Counted from the first letter of the stretch, positions 49,976-60,404 are shown. The stretch is 64,000 nucleotides of DNA from an uncultured Verrucomicrobiae bacterium (GCA_963813025.1 CAWEXO010000014.1:352001-416000); one strand, 5' to 3'. The notes: a model not told the origin generated them from the sequence alone. Translations and numbers: made by a program.

Positions 49976-51864
49976 AAAGGTTTCTCCCCTGGGCAATCAG
50001 CCTAGTTTTCGTGCTTGGAGTGCTTGGCCGGATGCTGCCCGGAAGGCCAGTGCCCGGTGTTGACCTCCAAACCGTGGGCCGTCTGCCAGTACTGGTCGAC
50101 GGACGAGTGATGCCGTTGGATACCCTCGGCCGTCTGTCCCTGTCTTCGATGAACCATCACGGGCTTTACGAAGCGCCCGATGGAAGCAAAACGATCGGCA
50201 CGCCCGTCCAATGGGTGCTCGATGCTTGGATGCAACCGGAACACGCTGACGCGACAAAGTTGTTCGAGATTAGCGAAGCGCGGAATCCTGATCTCTTCGA
50301 ATTTCTTGGCGCAAAGGACGTTTCCGCCACCCACTTCTCATTTAACGATCTCAAACCGCTTTTTCCCAAGATCGAAGAGCAGGCTGGTTTGGCTGCGCAA
50401 AGTGACCCAGAGACCCGCAGTGCTTTTCAGCGCGATATTTTGAAGCTGAAGACCGCGTTGCTCTTTTATCTTCGATTAAAAAACACGGTGCAGGTGGAAG
50501 ACTCCCCGGATTTCGGACAAGAGGTTGCAGTCTTTGGCAGCTTGATCCGGCCGGGGTTGCAAGCGATCCGCGATCGGGATGCCGGCCGGCCCTACAGCGC
50601 TGCCGATTTCGAACACATGCTGCTTTTCACGAAGCGGTACCAGAACGTACTTCAGGCCAAGTATGTGTTGGCTTTCCCCAATTCGACCGGGAGTAATCCT
50701 GATGAGCATTGGGAGTCCTTGGGAGAGGCTCTTCTGAGCGCGGTTGGCACCGGACAAATTCCCTATCCGGTGACGGCATATGCCAACATGATCTCAGCGT
50801 ATCGCAGCAACAACGTCAGCGGTTTCAACCAGACGCTGCACAATTATTACCAATATTTGCAGAAAACTATTCCGGCGGAATTGGTTCGACCAAAGGTGGA
50901 AGTCGCTTTTAATCAGGCCGCTCCTTTTCTCCAGGCGATGGTGCTCTACCTGGCGGTCTTACTTCTGGTCGTCGGCGCTTGGCTTATTTGGCCAAAGACC
51001 TTGGCAAAAACGGCAATCATCCTGCTTTGCTTTGCCTTCCTGATCCATACCGCTGGACTGATTACCCGGATGTATTTGCAGGGGAGGCCGCCGGTGACCA
51101 ATCTTTACAGCTCGGCGATCTTTCTTGGCTGGGCGGCAGTCCTGCTTTGTCTACTGCTGGAACGTCTATATCGGAATGGGATTGGCAGCTTTTGCGCGTC
51201 AATCATCGGATTTCTCACGCTGCTCATCGCGTACAACCTCCAACTGGATGGCGACACGCTCGAGATGTTACGCGCCGTGCTCGACACAAATGTCTGGCTG
51301 GCGACGCACGTCGTTACTGTCGTGCTGGGATATTCCGGCACCTTTCTCGCCGGGCTGTTGGGCGTCATCTATATTTTCCGCGGACTTTTTACGACGAGCT
51401 TCGACGAGAAAACAGCCAAGTCGCTCAGCCGCATGATTTACGGCATCGTCTGCTTTGCCGCGCTTTTCAGTCTCGTTGGCACGATCCTCGGCGGCATCTG
51501 GGCTGATCAATCCTGGGGACGTTTCTGGGGTTGGGATCCCAAGGAAAACGGGGCTCTTGGGATTGTGATTTGGAATGCCATTATTCTGCATGCGCGCTGG
51601 GGTGGGTATGCGCGGGAGAGGGGAATCGCTGTGCTGGCGGTTTTTGGCAACATTGTTACCAGCCTTTCCTGGTTCGGCGTGAACATGCTTGGTGTGGGAC
51701 TGCATTCCTACGGATTCATGGATCACGCGTTTGGTGTCCTGATCGGCTTTATCATCGGCCAATTGCTGATCATTGCGCTCGGCCTGGTACCACTTCGTCA
51801 CTGGCGTGGCATTCAGGCACGGAAGAGGTCCGTGCAGCCGGCGGCTCAACCCGCGGCGGTGTGA
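49972..51864 (+). CDS. ccsA: Cytochrome c biogenesis protein CcsA (system II)
   Basis: GRPPVTNLY, WLATHV, GGIWADQSWGRFWGWDPKE (WWD), GLHSYG. Confidence 0.92.
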   Translation: MKRFLPWAISLVFVLGVLGRMLPGRPVPGVDLQTVGRLPVLVDGRVMPLDTLGRLSLSSMNHHGLYEAPDGSKTIGTPVQWVLDAWMQPEHADATKLFEISEARNPDLFEFLGAKDVSATHFSFNDLKPLFPKIEEQAGLAAQSDPETRSAFQRDILKLKTALLFYLRLKNTVQVEDSPDFGQEVAVFGSLIRPGLQAIRDRDAGRPYSAADFEHMLLFTKRYQNVLQAKYVLAFPNSTGSNPDEHWESLGEALLSAVGTGQIPYPVTAYANMISAYRSNNVSGFNQTLHNYYQYLQKTIPAELVRPKVEVAFNQAAPFLQAMVLYLAVLLLVVGAWLIWPKTLAKTAIILLCFAFLIHTAGLITRMYLQGRPPVTNLYSSAIFLGWAAVLLCLLLERLYRNGIGSFCASIIGFLTLLIAYNLQLDGDTLEMLRAVLDTNVWLATHVVTVVLGYSGTFLAGLLGVIYIFRGLFTTSFDEKTAKSLSRMIYGIVCFAALFSLVGTILGGIWADQSWGRFWGWDPKENGALGIVIWNAIILHARWGGYARERGIAVLAVFGNIVTSLSWFGVNMLGVGLHSYGFMDHAFGVLIGFIIGQLLIIALGLVPLRHWRGIQARKRSVQPAAQPAAV

Positions 51865-51951
51865 GTGCTGTAGCGCGGACGGCCTCGTCCGGACCTCAGT
51901 AGTGCAATTGCATTGCGCGATTTCCCCGGGCGCCGGCAGGCGAAAATTCAT

Positions 51952-51982
51952 CGGTAGGGACCGGCTCCTGTCGGTCCTTCCC
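51952..51982. repeat. GTAG repeat family D, left copy
   Basis: CGGTAGGGACCGGCTCCTGTCGGTCCTTCCC, exact reverse complement of 53107-53137. Confidence 0.85.
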
Positions 51983-52086
51983 TCTTCGGCTTAGCTGGCG
52001 ATTTCCTCGCTAGCTTTAGCTAGTGTGCTGGCGCGTTGCAGGATTGCGCTTTTCGTGGTTCCGCGTTTGAATTGCCTTTTTCCAGA

Positions 52087-52992
52087 ATGAGCAAGCGTCC
52101 CGAAATAGTCGTAGTTGGCAGTTCTAACACCGATCTGGTCATCTTTTGCGAGCGCTTGCCTAAACCTGGCGAAACTGTTTTGGGGGGCGACTTCCAAACT
52201 TTCGGGGGAGGTAAAGGCGCCAACCAGGCAGTGGCGGCTGCGCGCGCGGGTGGGTCAGTAAGCTTCATCGGCGCTTTTGGTTCCGACGACTTTGGGGAAG
52301 CCGCCCGGGAACGCCTGGCCAGGGAACGGATCAACACGGAATATTTTCGATGCACGACAGCGGCCCCGAGCGGAGTAGCTCTTATTCTGGTTGACGGCGC
52401 CACTCGGGATAATCTCATCGCGGTCGCCAAATCAGCGAACGACTTGGTCGATTCGACGATGGTCTCAGCGGCTCGACCTGCACTGGAACGCAGCGACGTC
52501 GTTATTGCCCAGCTGGAGATTCGGGACAGCGCGATCGAAGCAACCGCCCGGCTCTGTCAGGAGTTGAACAAAATTTTTCTGCTTAATCCCGCGCCATCAA
52601 GAAAATTGCCCAGGCCGATCCTCGAACGGGTTTCTGTGATCGTGGTCAACGAGCACGAAGCGCGTGATCTCACCGGGGAAGAGGAAGTTGATCGAGCTAT
52701 CGCCCGCCTGCATGAAGCCGGTTGCCGTAAGGTTGTGGTGACGCTTGGGCCTGAGGGCGCTCGACTTTCTGTGGGCGCGGCGATCATCTCAGTGCCCGCG
52801 CCCAAAGTCGAAGCAGTTGATACGACTGGGGCCGGTGACTGCTTTGTTGGTTGGCTTGGCGTCGGCTTGGGCGAAGGACTCACTTTCGAACAGGCTGCGC
52901 GCCGCGCCTGTATCGCGGCTTCATTGGCCGCCACCCGGCCCGGAGCGCAACGGGGCATGCCTTTCCGCGATGAAGTGATTGCGGGTTGCTGA
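52087..52992 (+). CDS. rbsK: Ribokinase (PfkB family)
   Basis: VGSSNTD, GGKGANQAVAAAR, NPAP, NEHE, DTTGAGDCF. Confidence 0.9.
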   Translation: MSKRPEIVVVGSSNTDLVIFCERLPKPGETVLGGDFQTFGGGKGANQAVAAARAGGSVSFIGAFGSDDFGEAARERLARERINTEYFRCTTAAPSGVALILVDGATRDNLIAVAKSANDLVDSTMVSAARPALERSDVVIAQLEIRDSAIEATARLCQELNKIFLLNPAPSRKLPRPILERVSVIVVNEHEARDLTGEEEVDRAIARLHEAGCRKVVVTLGPEGARLSVGAAIISVPAPKVEAVDTTGAGDCFVGWLGVGLGEGLTFEQAARRACIAASLAATRPGAQRGMPFRDEVIAGC

Positions 52993-53025
52993 CCCACCCG
53001 CGTTGGGCGACGCACGAGGCGCGAG

Positions 53026-53312
53026 GGTAGGGCGAAAATTTATTCGAGCGCTAGCGAGAACTTGTTTGAGCCGTCTCGGGTGTGGCGCGAAGGACAAAGC
53101 GGCGGTGGGAAGGACCGACAGGAGCCGGTCCCTACCGCTGCGGGGCGATCAGCGCCCGGTAGGGAAGGACCGACTGGAGCTACGTGCCGTTGTCGCGCTC
53201 TTTCAGAGCTGGGCGCTCTCTTATCCGTGTTCCTAGGCCTGCGGCCTAGGCTTTCTTGCATCGCGCCTTCGGCGCTCTTTCGCGCTGAAAGCGCCAAGTC
53301 GCACGCACTCCA
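53026..53312. repeat. Composite repeat cluster: family A arm (53026-53073), family D (53107-53137), family B (53175-53312)
   Basis: Each unit matches copies elsewhere in the window. Confidence 0.8.
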
Positions 53313-53318
53313 TAACCT

Positions 53319-53927
53319 TCATCCAATTAACTGTTCCAGGTGCCGTACACAGATCCGGGACCACGTCTCGAATGTCGTTTCCTCGGCTCGCAACTCGGCC
53401 GGAGTCAGAAATTCAATTCCGGTGATCATGCTCTCTCGCTTCTCCACCTTTGCCGATGGCAGTTCTACGAGATGAACAATTCCTAAATGCACTTGGCCGA
53501 CCTCGTTTGAGTCGTCATTCAGCAGTCCAACGATCTCGTTCCGGAGCGGAGGAGGGATCTCGATCTCCTCGTTTATTTCCCGCTCGACTCCACCGAGATA
53601 GGCGTCGCGGTTGAGCGCGAAAAGACCTTCGTCCCGGTCGTTCATGTGGCCCCCGATGCCGATCGAGCCCTTCGCCACCAAACGCTGTTCCCCGGCTTTC
53701 TTACCGCGACGATACCGGAGGACGCGGTCCTGATACTTCAAAATGGCGTAAGGAATAATCTGCTTCAGACTTGGATCGGTCTCCGCGGCTGAGCGAGGCG
53801 CGAAGAAGTTATTCTCGCGCGCGAGGAGCGCGGGCAAGTACTGGTCAACCTGTAAGCACAAACCCTGAAACATCCCCAACTCTTCCAGGAGCTTTCGGCG
53901 GACAACCAGAACCATTTCCTCCTTCAT
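53319..53927 (-). CDS. Predicted NUDIX-family phosphoesterase
   Basis: ETDPSLKQIIPY, SIGIGGH, REINEE, VGQVHLG. Confidence 0.8.
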   Translation of the reverse strand: MKEEMVLVVRRKLLEELGMFQGLCLQVDQYLPALLARENNFFAPRSAAETDPSLKQIIPYAILKYQDRVLRYRRGKKAGEQRLVAKGSIGIGGHMNDRDEGLFALNRDAYLGGVEREINEEIEIPPPLRNEIVGLLNDDSNEVGQVHLGIVHLVELPSAKVEKRESMITGIEFLTPAELRAEETTFETWSRICVRHLEQLIG

Positions 53928-54388
53928 TGTTCCGCCGCGACTTTCAGTCGCCCAGTCTCCTCCAGTTTTGGTTCTCGCCCTTCATCGACTTCGATGTAAT
54001 CAAACATTGTGAGAATGTCCGTGCGATCTTCGAGCCCGCTCTGCGCGAGGCGGAATTTCAGACGCTCGGTGCTGGGATCGTGCCAGCCATGTTTACGGTT
54101 CCATTGATTCCACATCTCGATCTCCTCGTCATTCGGCGTGCGTCCACGGTGAAAACACCATTCCATTAACTCGTCATCGGTCCCCCCGTCCAGAACACGT
54201 TCGACTAAATCGGCGTAACTCACTCTCAAAAATCGGCAAAGCTTTCCATCAAACCCATCTCCTAACGTGGCGCGGTATTCTTCGGGGAGCTGGCCTTTCG
54301 CCTGCAACCGGATCTTATCGACGGTTCGCGCAAAAAAATAGATGCCGGCGGTTTTGACGTAGGGACTCCGGAGATTTGGTACCTTCAT
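53924..54388 (-). CDS. DUF5069-like protein
   Basis: LRSPY..GIYFFARTVDKIRL, FDGKLCRFL, DYIEVDEGR. Confidence 0.72.
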   Translation of the reverse strand: MKVPNLRSPYVKTAGIYFFARTVDKIRLQAKGQLPEEYRATLGDGFDGKLCRFLRVSYADLVERVLDGGTDDELMEWCFHRGRTPNDEEIEMWNQWNRKHGWHDPSTERLKFRLAQSGLEDRTDILTMFDYIEVDEGREPKLEETGRLKVAAEQ

Positions 54389-54503
54389 CTGACGACGATA
54401 AGGAACCTCGGACGGTTCCTCAACTTCTGGATTTTATCACACCAGCGCGCCGCCTTCGTGCGACATAGTGTGATAAAATCCTTCTTTGCGATTGATCAAC
54501 GCT

Positions 54504-55541
54504 ATGGAAAGAAGACGTCAGTTTGCCAGTGACAATAATTCCGGGATCTGTCCCGCGGCTCTGGCCGCATTGAGCGAGGCCAATCGCGGACACGTGACCG
54601 GCTACGGGGATGATCCTATTACCACGCGCGCGCGTGAGTTATTCAATGAACTCTTCGAAACGCGCTGTGCGACGTTCTTTGTCTCCAATGGCACAGCGGC
54701 AAATTGCCTGGCCCTGGCTGCGTTGGTGCAGCCGTTTGAAGCGGTGATCGCGCACACCGACTCGCATCTGGAGACCGACGAATGCAATGCTTTGGGCCGG
54801 TTTGTTCCCGGCGCGAAAATTCTCCACGCATCCGGCCCGTTCGCCCGCATTGATCCAGCTTGTCTGGACCGGTTGATCGAAGGTCAGCGCCCGATTCACT
54901 CTTCCCGGCCTGCGGCGATTAGTTTGACCAATGCAACTGAGCTGGGAACGGTTTATCGCCCCAGGGACATTTCCGCGATTGCCGCGATGGGCCATCGTCG
55001 CGGGATGTTCATTCATCTCGACGGTGCGCGCCTGGCGAATGCCGCCGCCAGCCTTTCCTGTTCCTTAGCTGATTTGACCTGGAAAGCGGGCATCGATGTC
55101 GTCAGCTTTGGGGGAACGAAAAACGGTCTCGGTTTTGGCGAGGCCATCCTTTTGTTTCGCGAGGAACAGGCCAGCCACTTTGCCTATCGGATGAAACAGG
55201 CCGGACAACTCGCCTCGAAGATGCGTTTTCTAGCCGCTCCCTGGATTGGTTTACTCCAGGATGATGTTTGGCTCGAAAACGCCGAACATGCGAATGCGAT
55301 GGCGAAGCTGCTGGAGGAATGTCTGAGCGAAGCCGGTCTGCAGTCGGTGTACCCGCGCGAGGCGAACGCGGTTTTTGTGCACCTTCCTTTGCCTCTTGTG
55401 CAAGCGCTCTACGGGCTGAACTGGCATTTCTACACCGATGTCGGGCCGGATAACGCCGCCCGACTGATGTGCTCGTGGGACACCACCGAGCACGATGTGG
55501 CGGGGTTCGTCGCTGACCTGAAGCAAAATTTGAAAACTTAG
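54504..55541 (+). CDS. ltaE: Low-specificity L-threonine aldolase
   Basis: FASDN, YGDD, NGTAAN, TELGT, HLDGAR, GGTKNG, SKMRF. Confidence 0.9.
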   Translation: MERRRQFASDNNSGICPAALAALSEANRGHVTGYGDDPITTRARELFNELFETRCATFFVSNGTAANCLALAALVQPFEAVIAHTDSHLETDECNALGRFVPGAKILHASGPFARIDPACLDRLIEGQRPIHSSRPAAISLTNATELGTVYRPRDISAIAAMGHRRGMFIHLDGARLANAAASLSCSLADLTWKAGIDVVSFGGTKNGLGFGEAILLFREEQASHFAYRMKQAGQLASKMRFLAAPWIGLLQDDVWLENAEHANAMAKLLEECLSEAGLQSVYPREANAVFVHLPLPLVQALYGLNWHFYTDVGPDNAARLMCSWDTTEHDVAGFVADLKQNLKT

Positions 55542-55622
55542 CGAGGCCGCTTGAGTGCAACCAGTGCCGCTCTCGGCATTGCCTGACTACGCGCTTGTCT
55601 GAGTCGCGGCCTCGGTCGGCCT

Positions 55623-56204
55623 TTACCGCGTCAGGCGGAAACTCTGCAGAAACGAACGCAGGTCCGCGTCTTTCAGCGGGTCGTCAATCTCTGAGAGCGC
55701 GGCAACCTGGTACACTAGACCGTTCGCCTGAAACATATCGACGACCAGGTTGTAATTGTTGTTAAAATAGCGATGCGTACCAGTGATTCGATAGCCGGCC
55801 AAACCGTGATTGGTAATTGGTTTTACGTCGTGTTGAAATCCGAGCGCTTTCCCAAAGAAAGGGCCGGTCAGTTGTCCCACCGTCTTCTCGTTGAGCTGAA
55901 AGTGCGGTCGGTCATTTAAGTGCACGATCCCCAGATAAACGATGGCGCTCTTGTCGACCCGACGCGCCCCGGTAATTCCGGTTGTCTCTGCGGTAGCATC
56001 GGCCGGCATCATGGTCACCCAGGGATTCACTTGCGGTGTTCCATCCGGCAGATTGACTTCGCAATGATAAGCTGAGGAATTCCAAAGTATCGCTAGACCG
56101 GAGTCACGCGGCAGCAGCCAGAAAAGTGCGATCAAGAAGAAAGCCAGGCCCGGGTGCGGTCTGCGCTTTGCCGGGCACGGGGAGAGGAGAAAATAGCTAT
56201 TCAT
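55623..56204 (-). CDS. Hypothetical exported protein
   Basis: Signal-like hydrophobic N-terminus; ends SFLQSFRL; fills the gap downstream of the uracil-DNA glycosylase gene. Confidence 0.6.
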   Translation of the reverse strand: MNSYFLLSPCPAKRRPHPGLAFFLIALFWLLPRDSGLAILWNSSAYHCEVNLPDGTPQVNPWVTMMPADATAETTGITGARRVDKSAIVYLGIVHLNDRPHFQLNEKTVGQLTGPFFGKALGFQHDVKPITNHGLAGYRITGTHRYFNNNYNLVVDMFQANGLVYQVAALSEIDDPLKDADLRSFLQSFRLTR

Positions 56205-56216
56205 AGCTTCCAATTT

Positions 56217-57029
56217 TCAAGGACTCTGTCGGATATTCTCGATTTGGTTCAAGTCGTGAGTGCCGTGGGATAGAAAGAAGTTTCGTTGGCGTTCGGTGAT
56301 CTGCCGTCCGAGTTTTTCCAGGACCAGCAGCATGTCCTCCCAGAGTTTGCGCTTTTCGCTCAGGACCTGATTCCTCAACAAGTACGAGGGGTGAAACGTC
56401 GCCATCAGAGGAATCGAACCAAATTGATGCCACCGGCCTCGCAGGTTCTTCATCGGCGCGGCAACTCCGAGGAGCCCGCGCATGGCGGTGCCGCCGAGCG
56501 CGACCATCACCTTGGGTTGAATAATTTCGATCTGGTTCCGGAGATAGGGGAGGCAGGTATTCATTTCTTCGGGTGTCGGAACTCGATTACCTGAGGTCCC
56601 TGGCGGCATATCGGGTCGGCACTTGAGAACATTGGCGATGTACACGGTCTCGCGGGAGAACCCCATAGTCTGGATGATGCGAGTGAGCAATTGTCCGGCT
56701 CGCCCGACGAAAGGTTCGCCTTGCAAATCTTCGTCCGCCCCGGGGGCTTCGCCGACAAACATGAGTTCGGCCTCCGGACTGCCAGTCCCAAACACGACCT
56801 TGTGGCGAGAGGCGACCAGGTGCGGACATTTGCGACAAGCTAGCACCGGGCCGCTCAGTTCCGCGAGCGCACGCGCTTTCGCTGTGGCGTCAGATGGCTC
56901 AGCTACACTCCTATTGGCCAGTCCCTTTATTCGAATCAAGATCTCAGGATTGACGCCTGAGCCGAATCGAGGAGCGCTGCCGCGCAGATGAGTGATCACA
57001 AGCTCCAGGCCATTCTCAAAAGGGGTCAT
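56217..57029 (-). CDS. Uracil-DNA glycosylase family 4 (Fe-S)
   Basis: CRKC, GEAPG..ED..G.PFVG, NVLKCRP, HPSYLLR. Confidence 0.93.
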   Translation of the reverse strand: MTPFENGLELVITHLRGSAPRFGSGVNPEILIRIKGLANRSVAEPSDATAKARALAELSGPVLACRKCPHLVASRHKVVFGTGSPEAELMFVGEAPGADEDLQGEPFVGRAGQLLTRIIQTMGFSRETVYIANVLKCRPDMPPGTSGNRVPTPEEMNTCLPYLRNQIEIIQPKVMVALGGTAMRGLLGVAAPMKNLRGRWHQFGSIPLMATFHPSYLLRNQVLSEKRKLWEDMLLVLEKLGRQITERQRNFFLSHGTHDLNQIENIRQSP

Positions 57030-57122
57030 CAGGTGGATTTTCTGGCGCGATTCTCTCCTGCGACCTCTGATCCTAGGCCATCGATCCGCAATTACGCAAC
57101 GCGAAACGTGAAACGTGCTCGG

Positions 57123-58076
57123 CTACGGCGCGGCAGACCCTCCGCTGAACCCGCTCCCGCCGCTCCCGCCGCTTTCCACAATGACTCCGGCTTCGAGAAA
57201 ATCCGCCGGAATCGGCGCTTCGAAACGCATTCTCCCCCCGTGCCGCGGGTGGAGGAAACCTAAACGCCAGGCATGGAGCATTTGGCGGGAGAATCGTGGA
57301 TCGGTTCGTCCATATACCTTGTCGCCTTGCACGGGATGCCCAAGATGATGCAGATGAACTCGAATCTGGTGTGTGCGACCAGTAAAAAGGCGGCAGAGCA
57401 CCAGGGTGCTGCCGCCGATTTCCTGTCGGACTTCGTAAGCCGTCCGCGCGGCTCGACCCCGGGTGACCACAGCCATTTTTTGTCGTTGAATCGGATGGCG
57501 CCCGATCGCGCCACTGATTTCGCCGCAGCGCTTGGCGAAACGGCCTCGGCACAGCGCCAGATACCACTTCTCGACTTCTCTTTGGGCGAATTCGCGGCTC
57601 AAGCCAAGGTGAGCTTCGTCGTTCTTCGCGACAACCAGACAACCGGTCGTGTCTTTGTCGAGCCGATGAACGATTCCCGGCCGCACCTCTCCCCCAATGC
57701 CGCTCAAAGCCGGGCAGTGAAATAACAGAGCGTTCACCAGTGTGCCAGCCTGCCGTCCCGCTCCCGGATGCACACTCAGACCGGCGGGTTTGTCGATCAC
57801 GATCAGATCATCGTCTTCGTAGAGGACAGATAGCGCGATTCGTTCGGCAGCCAGTTCGCTGGACTCCGGAGGTGGAACCCGTACTTCGATTTGGTCGCCG
57901 GCCTGCACCTGATCGCGCGGCCGGGCTGTCCGGGCATTGCGCATCACGTGACCGGTATCGATCAAACGCTTCAATCGTGATCGCGAAAGTTCCGGTACGT
58001 TTCGGGCCAGAAAAACGTCAAGACGCTGTCCCGCCTCTTCGACCAGGACCGTCAGCTCTTCTACTCTGTCGGCCAA
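57123..58076 (-). CDS. rluD: RluA-family pseudouridine synthase (RluD-like, S4 domain)
   Basis: RLDVFL, KPAGL.VHPG, HRLDKDTTG, TGRTHQIRVH, QMLHA. Confidence 0.88.
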   Translation of the reverse strand: MADRVEELTVLVEEAGQRLDVFLARNVPELSRSRLKRLIDTGHVMRNARTARPRDQVQAGDQIEVRVPPPESSELAAERIALSVLYEDDDLIVIDKPAGLSVHPGAGRQAGTLVNALLFHCPALSGIGGEVRPGIVHRLDKDTTGCLVVAKNDEAHLGLSREFAQREVEKWYLALCRGRFAKRCGEISGAIGRHPIQRQKMAVVTRGRAARTAYEVRQEIGGSTLVLCRLFTGRTHQIRVHLHHLGHPVQGDKVYGRTDPRFSRQMLHAWRLGFLHPRHGGRMRFEAPIPADFLEAGVIVESGGSGGSGFSGGSAAP

Positions 58077-58091
58077 GCGTGACCCTGCCAG

Positions 58092-58892
58092 CTAAGCGGC
58101 TTCATTGGTTCTATATGGAGCAGCCGCCGCGGCAAAGGCCTGGAGCAAGCCTTTCGGGTCGTCCGCTCGCATCAATGCCTCGCCGATTAGCGCCGCATCT
58201 ACCCCGGCCTCCGCTACTCGTTGAATGTCTTCCGGCGTGCGAATGCCACTTTCACTGACCACCACGCCGTCATCCGGGATCAGCGGGGCGAGATCTTCCG
58301 TCGTCCCGAGATCGGTCTGAAAGGTGGTGAGGTCGCGATTATTAATTCCGATGAACGTCGCCTCGGCTTCCAATGCCAGCTCCAGTTCCGATTCGGAATG
58401 GACTTCAACCAGGCAATCGATCCCGAGCTCGCGGGCCACCTTCATCAGATGACTAAGGTCCGGCTTGGTCAGCGCCGCCACAATTAAAAGAACCGCATCC
58501 GCCCCGGCAAGAGCGGCTTGGTAAATCTGGACTTCGTGCAGCGTAAAGTCTTTGCGCAGCAAGGGAAGGGGAACCTTGGTCCGCACGAGCGCCAGGTAAT
58601 CCAGGTGTCCTTGGAAAAACTTCTCGTCCGTTAAGACGGAGATACAGTTGACCCCGGCCTCATTATAAAGTTGGGCAGTGCGAACCGGATCAAAATCCGC
58701 CGCGATCAGGCCGGCTGAAGGGGAGGCGCGTTTGATCTCGCCGATAAACCCAAACGAACCGGTGCGGAGCTTCGTGGTGAAACCGCGGAACTGAGGGTTT
58801 TTCAGGGCGCGTTCCCTCCATTCATTGGTGTGCTTCACCCACGGTCTGATTTCTTCACGTTTATAAGCAACAATACCGGCCAGATGACTCAT
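58092..58892 (-). CDS. trpC: Indole-3-glycerol phosphate synthase
   Basis: EIKRASPS, SVLTD..FFQG, LRKDF, VEVH, GINNRDL, SESGI. Confidence 0.96.
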   Translation of the reverse strand: MSHLAGIVAYKREEIRPWVKHTNEWRERALKNPQFRGFTTKLRTGSFGFIGEIKRASPSAGLIAADFDPVRTAQLYNEAGVNCISVLTDEKFFQGHLDYLALVRTKVPLPLLRKDFTLHEVQIYQAALAGADAVLLIVAALTKPDLSHLMKVARELGIDCLVEVHSESELELALEAEATFIGINNRDLTTFQTDLGTTEDLAPLIPDDGVVVSESGIRTPEDIQRVAEAGVDAALIGEALMRADDPKGLLQAFAAAAAPYRTNEAA

Positions 58893-59311
58893 AACTGATT
58901 GGGGTGGATCGAGGTTCGGCTAAACTTTATCGGAGGCGCAACGGAGAAATCTCGCATGCCGCAGCGATCTTCGAGCCTAACATGAACCAGCATCGAGAGC
59001 GTGTAAAACCGGAGTTCCCGGCCGATGACCGATGACCGATGAGCGATGACTCATGGCTCCCGACTCCTGACTCCCAACTCCGCTAGCGCTCCACTTCGGC
59101 CCGACGCTTTCGCCCCTCGCCGCACGTTGTAGGTATCAGAGCGCGGCGTAGCCGCAACCAAAGCGGCCGCGCAGTCCACTGACAGGCTGGAAGCCTGTGC
59201 CACTTTTCCATGTGACACCGGCATCTTGCCGGTCAACCTTCAAACTGTTCAGCTCCTCGCAAATCCTCGCGGGAAAACAACATTTTCACGGACAGTAGCA
59301 CAGGGTGCCAA

Positions 59312-59384
59312 AGCGGGTGACGCGACTCGAACGCGCGACATCTTCCTTGGCAAGGAAGTGCTCTACCAACTGAGCTACACCCGC
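59312..59384 (-). tRNA. tRNA-Gly (GCC), CCA not encoded
   Basis: GCGGGTGTAGCTCAGTTGGTAGAGCACTTCCTTGCCAAGGAAGATGTCGCGCGTTCGAGTCGCGTCACCCGCT folds as a cloverleaf. Confidence 0.96.
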
Positions 59385-59520
59385 AGGCTTTTCTTACGAA
59401 GGCTCAAATCATGCCCCTGAACGCAGCGCAATCAAGCAGTTTTTCTGTTGACCTGCGTAGTCCTCCCAGGGTGAAAGCGCCGCGTTTAAGGAGCCGCTGA
59501 CCGACGGTCTTGAACCGGGT

Positions 59521-59943
59521 TCAGACCACGACGCTGATCATCCAGCCAAGGCCGAAACGATCGGTCAACATACCGAAACATGGTGACCAGAAGGTCTTGG
59601 CCAGTGGCATCCGCACCTCGCCGCCATCCGCGAGCGCGGTGAAAGCACGATTGGCCGCGGCCTCATCGGGGACGGCGAGTGACAGTGAAAAGCCCTTGAA
59701 GCCCTTTTCGCTCTCGCAACCACCATCGGAAGCCATAATTGTGCTTTCGCCGATCTTGAAAGAGGCGTGCATGATTTTTTCCTCCCATCCCGGAGGAACC
59801 ATGCCGGGCGGAGGCGGTTCGGGACTTTCTTTGAAGCGCACGATCATGGAGACCTCGGCGCCGAGCGCAGTGCGGTAGAATTCGACGGCTTCTTCGCAGC
59901 GGCCGTCAAACGAGAGATAAGGTTGAACGATGGTGTTTGACAT
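59521..59943 (-). CDS. VOC / PhnB-like (glyoxalase superfamily) protein
   Basis: QPYLSFDGRCEEAVEFY, IMHA, MASDG, TFWSPCFGMLTDRFG..W. Confidence 0.9.
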   Translation of the reverse strand: MSNTIVQPYLSFDGRCEEAVEFYRTALGAEVSMIVRFKESPEPPPPGMVPPGWEEKIMHASFKIGESTIMASDGGCESEKGFKGFSLSLAVPDEAAANRAFTALADGGEVRMPLAKTFWSPCFGMLTDRFGLGWMISVVV

Positions 59944-60020
59944 AACGGGTTGTGGTTCGGTGTTGAGGTTGGGTTCGGGTTTGGGTTTGTTGGCGTGGAG
60001 TGAGGTGGCGGATTGCGGAG

Positions 60021-60404
60021 TCAGTTCAACAGGTTCGCAAAGGCTTTTCGGCCGACCCACACCAGATAGAGAGCCAGGGCAACGACAGCAATCAGGACAG
60101 GATCGAGAAGCGTTGTGCCTTTCATGATGAAGACGTGAAAGGCGAGGATGTTCACGAGAATGGGTCCGAGCACGAGCAACCCCAAAATCCGAGTGCGCGG
60201 GATAGCGACGAGGATGCCGCCGAGCAGCTCGCAGACCTTGACGAAAGCGAAGTAGCCCGTCGGACCGAACGCCCCCATGAACATTGCCGCAGGTGTGCCT
60301 GCCGGTAGCGCAGGCATGGGGACAAGATTGAACAGGACGACCACAGAAGACATGATGAAGAGCAGTCCGAGCACAACCGCGGCGATGGTGGGCAAATATT
60401 TCAT
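60021..60404 (-). CDS. DoxX-like membrane protein
   Basis: LGLLF, GYFAFVKVCELLGG, LGPILVNILAFH. Confidence 0.8.
   Translation of the reverse strand: MKYLPTIAAVVLGLLFIMSSVVVLFNLVPMPALPAGTPAAMFMGAFGPTGYFAFVKVCELLGGILVAIPRTRILGLLVLGPILVNILAFHVFIMKGTTLLDPVLIAVVALALYLVWVGRKAFANLLN

Noticed and set aside
59000..59384. Genomic island integrated at tRNA-Gly
   Set aside because: No integrase and no duplicated tRNA 3' end seen; the 3' side continues into trpC and other core genes
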